DNA from: Monodelphis domestica | Lineage: Eukaryota | DNA: 64,000 nucleotides | Direction of reading: 5' to 3' | Assembly: GCF_027887165.1 (NCBI RefSeq) | Contig: NC_077230.1 | Span: 289,270,949-289,334,948, forward strand | Shown here: piece after piece, positions 48,771-61,385 of the stretch | Numbering within the stretch: the first letter of the stretch is position 1 | Layout of the letters: each line of letters begins with the position of its first letter | Made by a program: the position numbers and the translations under genes | The notes under the pieces: model-generated | Database searches by the model: none | Seen by the model: only the letters and a program-made list of their open reading frames with translations | What the model was told of the DNA's origin: nothing

Positions 48771-49704
48771 GCATCACCAAAAGGGAGTATGGTTGCAGTA
48801 ATACAAGAATAAAATTTTGGAGACCCAAACCATGGCAAAAAACAGGTCTTCTGTCAAGTTAACAGGCCATTATCTTTTTGACTTACAGTTATAAGAATTT
48901 AGACTGACCACCATGATAAATCTTAAATCCTGCTGCCATCAATGTCCCATACACATAGGAGCCTGCCATTTGGTGGGAAGTACATGGAGATGTTTCCGAA
49001 GAATCTTTTATTTTCAAGGAATTACTGAGCTTACTTTTACTGAAAATACTCTTCATTTTGAAGAGGATAAAGTGGAGGAGGTAAATGACGCGTGCATGCT
49101 ATCTGGAAGAAAATCAGAACTTTAAAATAATATTTTAGGGTTAGAGAATTTCAAATTATGTTTTCACTGTCACACATTTCCCTTTGATAAAATTTTTTTT
49201 TTATTTAGCAGCATGTAAGCATTTATACTACTTTTGCTGTTCTTTTGGTCCAATGTCCTCTGTTCATCTAACATCTAACTTGTCAAACACACGTATTTTA
49301 CTTGTGTCCTGAACTTCATTAATGACCTCTTAGGGCTTTTTGAGGGAGTCTCATTTTCCAAAGGGCCCTCATTTGCTAAGAAGGTTGAGAAAAGCGACAA
49401 TTTTTCCACTTCTTCCTTCAAAGAAGTCAGTTTTTTCATTACAGTATCTTTTTTGGCTTTCAGGGCAATCGGGGTGGAATGAAACCTGAGCTAATGTTCT
49501 GAAATTGACTTGTGAAAAGAACTTTTAAATGTGCATTTTTGGAAGGTGAAGTCTCACTCTTTTTATTATGAGCTATGCAGTTTTTCATCTTTGTGAATTC
49601 AGGGCTTATCCACTTTGTACTGTACACCCTCAGTACTTAATAGTCATTGCAGTGATTCATGTCACATTGAATTTAAAACTCATTTCTCAAAAGGCTTTGT
49701 TTTT

Positions 49705-49905
49705 TTTTTTAAACCCTTACCTTCCATCTTGGAGTCAATACTGTGTATTGGCTCCAAGACAGAAGAGTGGTAAGGGTTAGGCAATGGGGGTCAAGTGACT
49801 TGCCCAGGGTCACACAGCTGGGAAGTGTCTGAGGCCAGATTTGAACCTAGGACCTCCCATCTCTAGGCTTGGCTCTCAATACACTGAGCTACCCAGTTGC
49901 CCCCT
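49705..49905 (-). mobile_element. tRNA-derived SINE with TSD aaaggctttgtttt, ~65 bp upstream of exon 8
   Basis: The TSD is seen at 49690-49703 and 49906-49919. The SINE body lies between them. Confidence 0.85.
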
Positions 49906-49970
49906 AAAGGCTTTGTTTTAAGTGTGTTTTAAATTAAACTTTAATTTCTGTTCTCTTTTAAAAAATAAAG

Positions 49971-50111
49971 GATTCTAGTGGAATGACACTGGTGATGCTT
50001 GCAGCAGCAGGAGGGCAAGATGATCTACTCAGGCTCCTTATCAAGAAAGGAGCTAAAGTTAATGGTAGACAAAAAAATGGAACTACTGCTCTCATTCATG
50101 CAGCTGAGAAG
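49971..50111 (+). CDS. MPHOSPH8: MPHOSPH8 exon 8: DSSGMTLVMLAAAGGQDDLLRLLIKKGAKVNGRQKNGTTALIHAAEK (ankyrin repeat 1)
   Basis: The translation is near-identical to the human MPP8 ankyrin region. Acceptor aataaag| and donor AAG|gttaat are present. The exon is 141 nt. Confidence 0.9.
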
Positions 50112-50690
50112 GTTAATTACTTTTAAATTCCATTGAATCAATTTGATAATCATTTTAATGACTTAACTGTTAGATCCAGGAAGTGCTTTCATAAGATTAT
50201 TCCCCAAAAGTCAGTAACATGATTTTATAGCATCCAAATGGAAGAGATAAATTAAAAAAATTTTTAGTCATAAACATTTTATGTGGGGTAGTTAATGAAA
50301 TACTCAAAATAATAATTCCCAAAAGAAACTGTGGTATCAGGCAGTATTACTTAAAGATAAATCTGTCCATAAGAAACTAGCATATTTGGGGCAGTTAGGT
50401 GACTCAGTAGATAGAAAGTAGATAGAAAAGGAAACTTGGAGAGGGGAATGTTTCATAAATGGAAAAAATAAGAAATTATTCCATTGTGAGAAATGGGTCA
50501 TTGATTGGAATAGATTTTGATTTATATTTTTTATTGCCAAATAATTAAAAAAATTGGAATGGGATCATTAGTTTGTGCAGATTTTGGTTTATATTCTTTA
50601 TTTATATTCAAAATTATACATTTCTTGATTGTTATTTGGAAAAATAATGTATTTGGAATTTCAGTTTAACAATTTCTTTTCTTTTCAAAG

Positions 50691-50777
50691 AACTTTCTAA
50701 CTACAGTGGCAATTCTTTTGGAAGCGGGAGCTTTTGTGAATGTTCAGCAGAGTAATGGAGAAACAGCTTTAATGAAG
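50691..50777 (+). CDS. MPHOSPH8: MPHOSPH8 exon 9: NFLTTVAILLEAGAFVNVQQSNGETALMK (ankyrin repeat 2)
   Basis: The translation is identical to the human MPP8 segment. Acceptor ttcaaag| and donor AAG|gtaaaa are present. The exon is 87 nt. Confidence 0.9.
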
Positions 50778-50921
50778 GTAAAACTGTTTTTACAGTGAAC
50801 ATATATGATACTGTAAAATAGATGTTAGAATGGAAAGAGAGCAAGTAAGAAGACAAGAAAGACCTACCATTTTAGATGGAAAGAACAGATGTAAAAGCAA
50901 TATAAAAATTAATGTTTTAAA

Positions 50922-51058
50922 TCTGGCTTCTGGTACTTTCTAGCTATATGATCCTAAGCAAATCACTTAACCCCAGTTGCCTAACTGCTACCACTTTTCT
51001 GCCTTGGAACTGATACTTAGTATTAATTCTAAGACAGAAGATGAGAGTTTAAAAAAAA
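50922..51058 (+). mobile_element. 5'-truncated tRNA-derived SINE
   Basis: The copy reads …caaatcacttaaccccagttgcctaactgctaccacttttctgccttggaactgatac…agtttaaaaaaaa. Confidence 0.65.
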
Positions 51059-52451
51059 TAACATGTACTATAATATTTAAAATTCTTGCATTGAAGAAGT
51101 TTTGAAATATTTTGAATTTTTAGAGGCAAGTAGGATTAATCTAGGAAGATATTAAAGGGTTTTTATTAACAATTTGGTTTTCTATTATCTTATATCATTT
51201 TCCTCTGCCCAACTAGAAAGTCATCAAGAATAAAAAATTCAGGGTTAGAAGAAAAGCAGTTCAACAATATATTAGTGTATCTTCCAAGTCTGACGTTATT
51301 TTCAGTGTTCCATACCCATATTCCCTCACCTATAGAAGGGAAGAGGATACATTTTTCTTATCTCTTCATTCAGGTGAAATTTGGTCATTGTGATTAAAAT
51401 GGTGCTCAGTTTCAGAATTTCCTATCCTTTTAAATTGTGGTAGTCATTTTGTTTATTATTTTCTTGGATCTGCTAATTTCCCAGGATCAATTTATACATC
51501 TTCCTAGGCTTTCCTGAACTCTTCTTATTCATTCTTTCTTACAACACAGTAATTCATATTCCTTTGTATCCATATCCCATAGTTTGTTTAGCACATCTCT
51601 AGTTAGTAGACATATATTTTCAGTTCTTTATTATGACCAGTAGGACTGCTTTGACTTTTTTCTTTTGCATTCTTAGCAAATATAAAGTCCAGCAAGCATT
51701 GTCATCTGTAGAGTGGAACAGAAAAAGTTCTAGAAATCAAACTGATCCCCCCTCTATTTTAGGCAACAAGCACATCCAACAAGTGAATACTTTCAGATAC
51801 ATCCTGCTTTCCTGTTTTTTCTTCTATGCATGTAAAAAAATGCTTCCATGATCTTTTTCTTTTTGTCAATTTTATTGCTATGTCCCTCTTCCTTTCACTA
51901 TCCCTCCCTAATTTGGCAAAAGAAAAAGAAAAACCAGTTTTAACAAAAATGAAATCAGTGTAATTTTAGTATACATACAACTTTTCTTTTTGTCTTGACA
52001 TGCACTGAATATAGACCTTGTGGTGGAATCTTACAAAATGATTAAGTCGCATTTTATTAATTTAATTTTTATTTTTAAAGATATTTTATTTTCCCAATTA
52101 CATGTTATAACAATTTTCTTCATGTTTTCTGAAGATACAAGAACCAAGTTGCTTTTTTCCTTGCTCCCTCCTCCCTCTGGGAAATGATAGACAATTTGGT
52201 ATGGGTTATACATGTATTATCATGTAAAATATATTTCCATATTGTTGTAAAAGAATATTCATATGAAACCCAAAACTTTTTAAAAGTAATTGTTTTTAAC
52301 ATTCTTTTTTAAATTCAAAGTCCTAAATTCTCTCCTTCCCTCCTGCCCCTCTCCTACTCATTGAGAAAACAAGATATACACAAAATATATTTCTATATTA
52401 GCCATGCTGCAAAAAATTGCAAGAAAATTTTTAAAATTAAAAAAATGGTTA

Positions 52452-52646
52452 GGGGCCAGCTGGGTGGCTGAGTGGATTGAGAGCCAGATCTAGAGATGGG
52501 AGGTCCTGGGTTCAAATATGACCTTAGACACTTCGTAGCTGTGTGACCCTGGGCAAGTCACTTAACTCCCATTGTCTAGCCCTTACTGCTCTTCTGCCTT
52601 AGAACCAATACATGGTATTGACTCTAAGATAGAAGGTAAGGGTTTT
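52452..52646 (+). mobile_element. tRNA-derived SINE (full length)
   Basis: The copy reads ggggccagctgggtggctgagtggattgagagccagatctagagatgggaggtcctgggttcaaat…. Confidence 0.85.
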
Positions 52647-52696
52647 ACTTGTTTTTTAAGTGAAAAAATGATTTAAGCAGTTTTTATTTATTTTCA

Positions 52697-52880
52697 AACC
52701 CTTACCTTCCATCTTGAAATCAATACTGTGTATTGATTCCAAGGCAGAAGAGCAGTAAAAGCTAGGGATGATGGTTAAATGACTTGCCCAGGGTCATACA
52801 GCTAGGATGGCCAGAGTTGAACCTAAGGCCTCCCCTCTCTAGGCCTATCTCTCAATTTTGTGAGACACCTAGCCCCCTTT
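52697..52880 (-). mobile_element. tRNA-derived SINE, inverted relative to the copy 50 bp upstream; TSD tttaagcaRttttWta
   Basis: Reverse-complement SINE text is present, with flanking repeats. Confidence 0.8.
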
Positions 52881-52940
52881 AAGCAATTTATAAAAAGGAA
52901 AATGAAATAGTTGGAGAGGCTATTGGGGGAGGGTATCATT

Positions 52941-53740
52941 TTTAATTGAAAAATTTTATTTAATTAATTTAGAGTATTTTTCCATGGTTACATGATTCAT
53001 GTTCTTTTCCTCTCCTCCCCTCTCCACCCCCCCCCCCCCTTAGCCGATGCACAATTCCACTGGGTTTTACATGTGTCATTGATCAAAACCTATTTCCATA
53101 TTATTGATAATTGCACTAGAGTGATCATTTAGAGTCTAAATCCCCAATCATACCCCCATTGAACCATGTGATCAAGCAGTTGTTTTTCTTCTGTGTTTCT
53201 ACTCCCACAGTTTTCCCTCTGAATATGGATAGTGTTCTTTCTCATAGATCCCTCTGGGTTGTTCAGGGTCATTGCATTGCCACTAATGGAGAGGTTCATT
53301 ACATTCGATTGTACCACAGAGTATCAGTCTCTGTGTATAATGTTCTCTTGGTTCTGCTCCTTTCACTCTGCATCAATTCCTGGAAGTCATTCCAGTTCCC
53401 ATGGAATTCCTCTAGTTCATTATTCCTTTGAGCATAATAGTATTCCATCACCAACATATAACACAATTTATTCAGCCATTTCCCAATTGAAGGGCATCCC
53501 CTCATTTTCCAATTTTTGGCCACCACAAAGAGTGTGGCTATAAATATTTTTGTACAAGTCTGTTTCCTTATTATCTCTTTGGGGTATAAACCCAGCAGTA
53601 GTATGACTGGATCAAAGGGCAGTCAGTCTTTTAAAGCCCTTTGGGCATGGGAGGGTATCTTAAATAGGAAGAATAACTTGAAGGAAAAATGCAATCTGGC
53701 AGATAATTTTATACCTAAGTTTAAATGTTTTTAACTGAAA
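52941..53740 (-). mobile_element. L1 3'-end fragment (ORF2 C-terminus …PFDPAIPLLGLYPKE…AKNWKMRGCPSIGKWLNKLCYM…EYYYAQRNNE… plus 3'UTR)
   Basis: Minus ORF 53299..53526 gives the conserved L1 ORF2 tail. The reverse complement of 52941-53010 matches the L1 3'UTR end (…ccatggttacatgattcat…taaataaa). Confidence 0.8.
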
Positions 53741-54769
53741 TGATGAGTTGGGGCTTACCAGTAAGTGAAGGCAATTAAATTTTGGAAATGAGCACTAATA
53801 AATAGAGAGATTTGCAACCTATAATTAAGAACTAGATTTGAATAGCTTTGGGGAACCACTGTTGGTTTTGGATGATACAAGTGAGAATTATAGAATCATA
53901 GATTTAGAGCTGGGAAGAACTTTGGAAACTATTTGGTACAGCTCCTTTTTTTTTTTTACAGATTAGGAAATAAGGCCTAGAAAGGCTAAGTGACTTGCCC
54001 AAGGTTAGATAGGCAATGAGTTGCAGGGATATGATTTCAATCAAATCAGTAATAAGCTTTTATTGTGTACCAAACACTTTCTTTAGCTCTAAGGATACAA
54101 AGGCAAAATTAAAACAGCTTATCCCCTCAAGGAACTTATAGTGTAATGGAGGAGAACATGTGAAAATATGCATATACAGTATATATAAATAAAAGATGAG
54201 TGGAAGGCATCTGTGGGAAAGAGTGAAGTGGGAATTCTGGAATCAAAAAACTCCTTATGTAAAATGTTGACTCCAAATCCAGCTCCTCTTTTACTCTACC
54301 CTACCATACCATATCAGTGTTTTAAGTCAGGTGATCCTCAATGATAAATAAAAGAACAGAAAAAAGTTGTTATGCAAGTTATAGAAAAAAATAGGATGTA
54401 ATTACAAAGTTCAAGCAAAGTTTTTAAAAGTCCCAATTCCAGGGAATTGAGAAGATAGGGGTGCCATTTATGACAGTGAGTGAATGAAATATATTTAAAA
54501 CACTTAAGTTTCAGAAAGTGAAAAGCTTCATAGAAGATATAGGCCTGGGGAGAAGAATGAGCTTTAATAACAATTTTGATATCTTCCTATTTAGAGTGAT
54601 GTAGTGACGTTTTTTGTTGCATTAATATCCTACACATTACTAATGAATGTCTTGACATTCTAGGTAGTATGTATTGTCTAAGAAAAGACAAACCCTGAGC
54701 CCGCACCTTCAGATCACTGGTACTAGAAGAAAACATTATATAAAAATTCTTATAAACTTCTTTATAGCC

Positions 54770-55030
54770 ACTAGGTAGCCCAGTGAATATAATGACAGGC
54801 TGGGGATCAGGAAGACCTGAGTTTACATCCAGCCATACAGTTAGTAGTTATGTGACTGGGCAAGTCATTTAACCTCTGTTTGTCTGAGGTTCCTTGATTA
54901 TAAAATGAGGATAATAACATCATCTACCTCACAGGTTTGTTGTCAGAATCAAATGAGACAATATTTGTAAAATACTTAGCACAGTGTCTTGCACATAGTA
55001 GCTATAAAATGCTAGCTATTATTATTGCTA
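54770..55030. mobile_element. MIR-type SINE (near full length)
   Basis: The fragment reads …cagtgaatataatgacaggctggggatcaggaagacctgagtttacatccag…ctgggcaagtcatttaacctctgtttgtctgaggttcc…tgtaaaatacttagcacagtgtcttgcacatagtag. Confidence 0.75.
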
Positions 55031-55761
55031 TTTTAATTCCTTTGTCAGTTTTTTTGTTTGAATATAACTAAAGAGACCTGATAAAAAAATTGCTGGGCTT
55101 TGTAGGCCCTCTCCTGAGAGCCACCATGGTGATCTAGGGGCTATTATGTTTAGACTCATAAAATAGAGAAAAGTTTTATTACAGTCAGACCTGAAAGTTG
55201 TAGTTACATTTACCAGCACCTTAAGATAATTATTGTAGAATCTTTTTTAATTTGATTCCCCAAGAAGAGATTGGTAGCTCAGACTATCTCTCCTCTTACT
55301 ATTTTGTTCTCTTTTGCTTTTGATAGACTAATTTCACTTCACTTTCAGAACCAAAATTTTATTTCTATATTGAGACATCTTAGATTTAGTTCATCTTCCT
55401 TGTTTATACTATCAAATTGTTTTCTATTCTAACTTTTTCTTCCTGTCTTAGTATAGTTCTTCTTTAGAACACACACACATCCTCTTTTGTCTTGTGGTTT
55501 TTATATCAACACAGTGCTGATGCTGTGTGAGAGAAAAAAAGATGACATTGTTCATATTTTATCTTCTGTGTGACTAAAGGAATCTTTCACATCTGAGATT
55601 GTTAGAACGCAATTCCAGATAAATTATTATGTAAGACCAGACTTTTTATTCTGTATGATAACTACTAAGGGATGTCAACAAGGGGAAAGATAAGTATAGT
55701 TAGAGATTTAAAAAATGGATGGGATTTGAGATAAACCTTGAAGTTTAGGATGAATTGGGGA

Positions 55762-55967
55762 GGGGGCAGCTGGGTGGCTCAGTGGATTGAGATCCAGGCC
55801 CAGAGTCAGGAGGTCCTAGGTTCAAATATGGCCTCAGACACGTCCTAGCTATGTGACCTTGGGCAAGTCACTTGACCCCCATCGCCTAGCCCTTACCACT
55901 CTTCTGCCTTAGAAGATACTACACAGTATTGATTCTAAGACAGAAGGTAAGATTAAAAAAAAAAAAG
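55762..55967 (+). mobile_element. tRNA-derived SINE with poly(A)
   Basis: The copy reads gggggcagctgggtggctcagtggattgagatccaggcccagagtcaggaggtcctaggttcaaat…ggtaagattaaaaaaaaaaaa. Confidence 0.85.
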
Positions 55968-57794
55968 AATTATGGGAAAGGGTAATTCTAGGTTGGGGGG
56001 ACAACAGAGTTCTCATGCAGTATTAACTACTTTCCCAAAGTTAGGTAGGCTGGTTACAGACAACAGACATATATTTTATTACCAGACTCTAGCTTATTAT
56101 AACCTGCCAGAACTTGTATTTTGGTATTTGCAGGGGATACAGATGAGGGTTGAAAAGCACTGTACCAAAAGACAGAATATGTGTTGTAGTTCTTCTGTTT
56201 AATTATTATCAATGCCTTGGATGAAGACACAGAAAGTAGTTTGCAGGAGAAAGCATCAGGCTTAAATAAAGCCAGAACTCAGTGTCTGGGATAATTTATA
56301 GACCTGGCTAAAAAGAAATTGTTTCAGGACAAGTGACATTAGTACATCTGAAAAGGAAAGACTGTACACAGATACGAAGTTGTTGGTGGGAGGAGGAGAG
56401 GAGAGACGGAAAATATGGGAGTATAGTGGAATGGATAAGAAGTCTATCATCAGTTTTGCTGCTTACTTATTCTGACCTCTGGTTAGTCATTGAACAATGA
56501 GAAAACATCTTTAGCATCCAAATGGAGATTAAGATCTATCCTGGATATCTCACAAGGTCATTGTGGAGGTTAAATAAAATAATAGATGGGAAAGCACTTC
56601 ACATTTATATTTTGTTCAGCAAATACATATTTGTTAAAGTGTGGGATTTTTGGGAAAGGCCTAAAAAGGAAAAAACAGTGGAAACATCTTGAAATTTATG
56701 AAGGGCTCTCTGTGATACATGGATTAGGCTTTTTCTGCTTACTAAGACTGGATAGATAGAAGTTTCAAAGAAGTAAATTCAGGATTGAGGTCAGAGAAAA
56801 CTTCCCAACAGTTAGAATTATTCAAAGGTAGAATGGGTTGCTTTGAGCAGCAGTTACTTTCTCCTTACTGTGAAGAGCTTCAAGTAAGTATTATATGGAT
56901 CTTGTTCAGGTAAAGGAGACAGTGTCTAGAGTTTCTTCAAACAGATTCTGTGATTCATCATTGAACTTTATAGTTTTTGAATTAATATTATTATACTCCA
57001 AAGTAGATGATATTTATAAATATACAAGACCTGTAAACTTACAGACTATTACAGAATAAATTGTTACCATGAGAAAAACCTCTAAGAATAAAGAATATTC
57101 CATTAAATCTCTTAATGCTTCTTTAAAACAACTCCAAAGTAATCTTAACAATTAGGATTCCTCTCTTAATAATAATTTTATTTCATTATAAGATCATAGG
57201 CTTTAGAGCCTATATAATAACAATTGAATAAACAGAGACTGAGAGGTGATATATTAATGATATGCTCAAAATCACACAAGGAATAAGTAATAGAGCTGAA
57301 ATTCAGAGAGTGGTCTTCAGTCTCAAATTTAGGGTTTTATTTGACTATACTATAGTACTTCAAATAATATTAAGTAGCTCTTATAAGTTAAGTAGAACAT
57401 ATATATATGTCATATATATATATATATTTCACTGTGGTCAAATATAGAGAGGTAATCTAAATATAAGCTGTATCTCTTTAATATAAATACAGAAGAAGGC
57501 ATTTATACAGATTGATTTTATTTTGAAAACTGCTTTATATACTCCAAGTATTTGTTCTTTATAGTTATTCTGTGACACTGTAGAAATGGTATAATTTCTT
57601 TACAGATAGGAGAAAAGCAACAGATTAACCATCAGGCTAGAGACCATAAAAACTATAAGTTGTTGATATTTTGCCTTACTCATAAAGGTATATACTCCGG
57701 GAAAGGATAACCTAGAAATAGTATCTTTAATAAGTAGATAGTTTGTATCCTATCATGTTCAGGGGTGCTTTATATCACTGTTTAATTTCTTTTT

Positions 57795-57968
57795 TTTTTT
57801 AACCCTTCCATCAGTACTGTGTTCTAAGACAGAAGAGTGGTATATGGGCTAGGCAATGGGGATTAAGTGATTTGCCCAGGGTCACATAGCTAGGAAGTGT
57901 CTTGAGTCCAGATTTGAACCTAGGACCTCCTGTCTCTAACCCTGGCTTTCAGTCCATTGAGCCATCCA
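57795..57968 (-). mobile_element. Partially deleted tRNA-derived SINE, TSD tttaatttc
   Basis: Reverse-complement SINE tail and head are present with a short flanking repeat. Confidence 0.7.
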
Positions 57969-58759
57969 ACTGCTTCCACCATTTAATTTCAAACTATTCT
58001 CTCACCCCTTTATTCTCATTATTTCCCATTAATAACTTTTTATGCTTTAAAACGTGCTTTATTATATGTTTTATTATTGCCCTAATTCAGAAAAAGATGG
58101 ATATTTCAATTGTTTCAAAAGTTTGATTATTTATATAATTTTCGAACTGGAAATACTAGAAAGTAGATGATGGTTAGTTCACTATCCTATTTTCCAAATG
58201 AGGAAGGCAAGTGCCAGAGAAGTTTTTGACTTGGGTAAGTAAGTACCTTAGGAACGGAGACAGTATTATAATCCAGGCCTTCCCATTATCTTCAAAAATA
58301 TTTTATTAATCTATGTAAATATTTTAATTTACAGGAAAAATACCCTCAAAAACTAGATCTGAGGAATAATTAGTAAGATAAATAACAATAAAGACATACT
58401 TATAAGCTGAAATTTGTTAATAAGAAAGAAAATCACTTTATATGTTATTTACACTTTATTCAAGCTGCAAGGAAACTGTCTTGACCCTATTTTAACCATC
58501 TTTTACAGTGCTGCCTGAGATTTACTATATTTAGGTCAATGCAAGGCAAAGTCTATTTTAAAACTGCTAAGATGAATATGAAATTGCTTTCTGATTCCTG
58601 ACATAGTATATAGTCAAAGAATCACAGAGAAAACAAGTCTAGAAAAAATGCTTTTGTCAAGGATTGATTCTTTTAGCAACCATGAGGGTGATATTAAAAT
58701 CAATGGAGTATAGTAGAATGATAATCCTTTTAGTAGTTTCTGAAATGGCCTGGCACTTG

Positions 58760-58990
58760 CTAGCTTCATGGCACAGTGGAGTTCTAGAGGACTGGGCCGT
58801 GAGACAGACAGAAAGACCCAAGTTCAAATCCATCCTCAGATAATATCTGTGTGATGCTGACCAAATCAGTTTCCTGTATCTTAGTATTTGTAAAATAATA
58901 GCACCTACTTCCAGGGTTGTTTAAGTGAGGACAAAGTGAGATATTGTAAAACATAACAAACCTTAAAGTGCTATTATTCTTATTGTTTAA
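58760..58990. mobile_element. MIR-type SINE
   Basis: The fragment reads …gttctagaggactgggccgtgagacagacagaaagacccaagttcaaatccatcctcag…tgaccaaatcagtttcctgtatcttagtatttgtaaaataatagcacc. Confidence 0.65.
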
Positions 58991-59257
58991 AAAATATGAT
59001 TTAAAGCCCTCCTATTTTTTAAGTCTTTAGGCAAGTACCAAAACTGTGTAGTACAAATAGAACCTTATTTTTGCCATTTTTTCCCTAGTGTAGAAACCCT
59101 CTCCTTGTTCTGAAAAAAATCCCTTTATGTCTGAATGTTTTCAGAAAGACTCTATTTAGAAAAAAACATATATTAAAAAAAAATATATATATATATATAA
59201 TACTCTTTCCAATTCACTTTTATATAATTACTCACCTTAATGTTTTTTGTTTTACAG

Positions 59258-59412
59258 GCTTGTAAAAGAGGAAACTCGGATATTGTAAGGCTTGTGATTG
59301 AATGTGGAGCAGATTGTAACATTTTGTCAAAACATCAGAATAGTGCTTTGCATTTTGCTAAGCAGTGTAATAATGTATTGGTATATGACCTGCTGAAAAG
59401 TCACTTAGAAAC
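59258..59412 (+). CDS. MPHOSPH8: MPHOSPH8 exon 10: ACKRGNSDIVRLVIECGADCNILSKHQNSALHFAKQCNNVLVYDLLKSHLE(T) (ankyrin repeats 3-4)
   Basis: The translation is near-identical to human MPP8. Acceptor ttttacag| and donor AC|gtaagt are present. The exon ends in phase 2, and the gene continues beyond the window. Confidence 0.9.
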
Positions 59413-59479
59413 GTAAGTATTAAATTGAGATGGTTAAAGCTATATTTACTTAGGGTTTTCATGGTAATTATTTTAGTTG

Positions 59480-61385
59480 CAAAATATTTTTAAGAATTAT
59501 AATTTCAGAGGCAGAGTCACGATTATTGAGCAGAAAAGCACTTAGCCTCCCTCTCCCAAATTTCCCTACAAACAATTCAAAATAGCATCTCAAATCAAAT
59601 TCTGAAACAGCAAAACCAACAAGAAGTCAAATTAAACAATTGCCTAGTATTAGGGCTTGGAGGCCTTTGCATTGGCAGTGGCAGCTTCAGGAGCTCTCAG
59701 CTGACAAATAGTAGATGGATTGTACAGTTGGTGGAAAGGAGATATTGCACAGTACCCCTTGCTGGTGCTTGTTCAGGACCCTGTTGCATTTCCCATTCGT
59801 AGTTCTGGGTCAGAATCCCAAGGCCAGACAGACTTATAGCACATGTGACCAAAGGAAAACAGGCATACTCATGGTTCCAAGGTGGAGAGGCATGCTTTTG
59901 TTTGCTCACATGGGAGGAAGAACTCTGGCCTCAATTCTAATACAAGGGGGGACAATTGCAAAAGAATAGGGGCACTTGGTCAGGGTCCTAGAGCCAGGAG
60001 GAATAATCATGCTAGTGGCTACAGGGGAACAAAAGTTCCTTCCTGGGTAAAGACCAGAACATGAGCCAGGAGAACAGTGACCATCACCTCTCCTGAGATC
60101 TTACTACCTTGGATGCATTGAAAACTTACAGACCCCCAGAACTAGTTCTGGAAACTCCAGCAAGAAAGGCCTGAAGCTTGGGATAGTGCCCCCTCCTCCT
60201 GGAAACAGAGCTGAACTTTAACGTTAAGTTAAAAGTAAAAAGTCTCGAAAAAATTAGCAAACAGCAAAAAAAAAAATTAAACATTAAAAAAATCCCATAG
60301 TGACAGGGAAGACCAAGTCACAAAAAAACCAAACAAAAAGAAAGTCAAAATGTCTTCATATAAAGCTTGGGAAAAAAATGTGAATTGGTCACAGATCTAA
60401 AATCCCAGGGTTTAATTTTTTTTTTTAAATCAAGTAAGAGAGGTAGAGGAAAAATCAGGAAAAGAATGATGTAAGAAAATTAGAATAGGCAATTCTCAGA
60501 TAAAGAAATCAAAATAATCAATAAACATATGAAAAAGTTCTAAATCTCTTACTGGAGAAATGCAGATCAAAACAACTCTGAGATACTACCTCACACCTAG
60601 CAGGTTGGTTAATGTGACAGCAAAGGAAAGTAATAAATGTTGGAGGGGATGTGGCAAAATTGAGACACTAATGCTTTGCTGGTAGAGTTGTGAATTGATC
60701 CAGCCATTCTGTAAAGCAATTTGGAATTATGTCCAAAGGGCGTTAAAAGACTGCTCGCCCTTTGATGTAGCCATACCACTGCTGGGTTTGTACCCTAAAG
60801 AGACAATAAGGAAAAACACATGTAAAAAAATATTTATAGCTGTGCTTTTTGTGATGGCAAAACATTGGAAAATGAGGGGATGCCCTCCAATTGGGGAATG
60901 GCTGAACAAATTGTGGTATATGTTGATGATGGAATACTATTGTGCTCAGAGGAATAATGAACTGGAGGAATTCCATGTGAACATATTGACCTCCAAGAAT
61001 TGTTGCAGAGTGAGAGGAACAGAACCAGGAGAACATTGTACACAGAGACTGATACACTGTGGCATAATCTAATGTAATGGATTTCTCTACTAGCAGCAGT
61101 GTCATGATCCAGGAAAATCCAGAGGGAATTAAGAGAAAGAATGCTATCTACATCGAGAAAAATAACTGTGGGAGTAGAAACACAGAAGAAAAACATGTTT
61201 TGATGGTTTTATGATTGGGGATGTTGACTTTAAATAATCATTCTGTTGCAAATATTAATAATATGGAACTAGAATATGGAAAATACATGTAAAACCCAGT
61301 TGAATTGCTTGTTTGCTATGGGGAGGAAAAGAATATGAATCATGTAACCATGGAAAAATATTCTAAATTAATTAAATAAATTATA
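59480..61385 (+). mobile_element. Composite/internally deleted L1: 5'UTR-like sequence joined to ORF2 3' region (…EMQIKTTLRYHLTPSRLVNVT…CWRGCGKIETLMLCW…PFDVAIPLLGLYPKE…) and 3'UTR
   Basis: ORF 60695..61072 carries the L1 ORF2 C-terminal motifs. The 3'UTR ends …catggaaaaatattctaaattaattaaataaa at ~61385. Confidence 0.7.
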
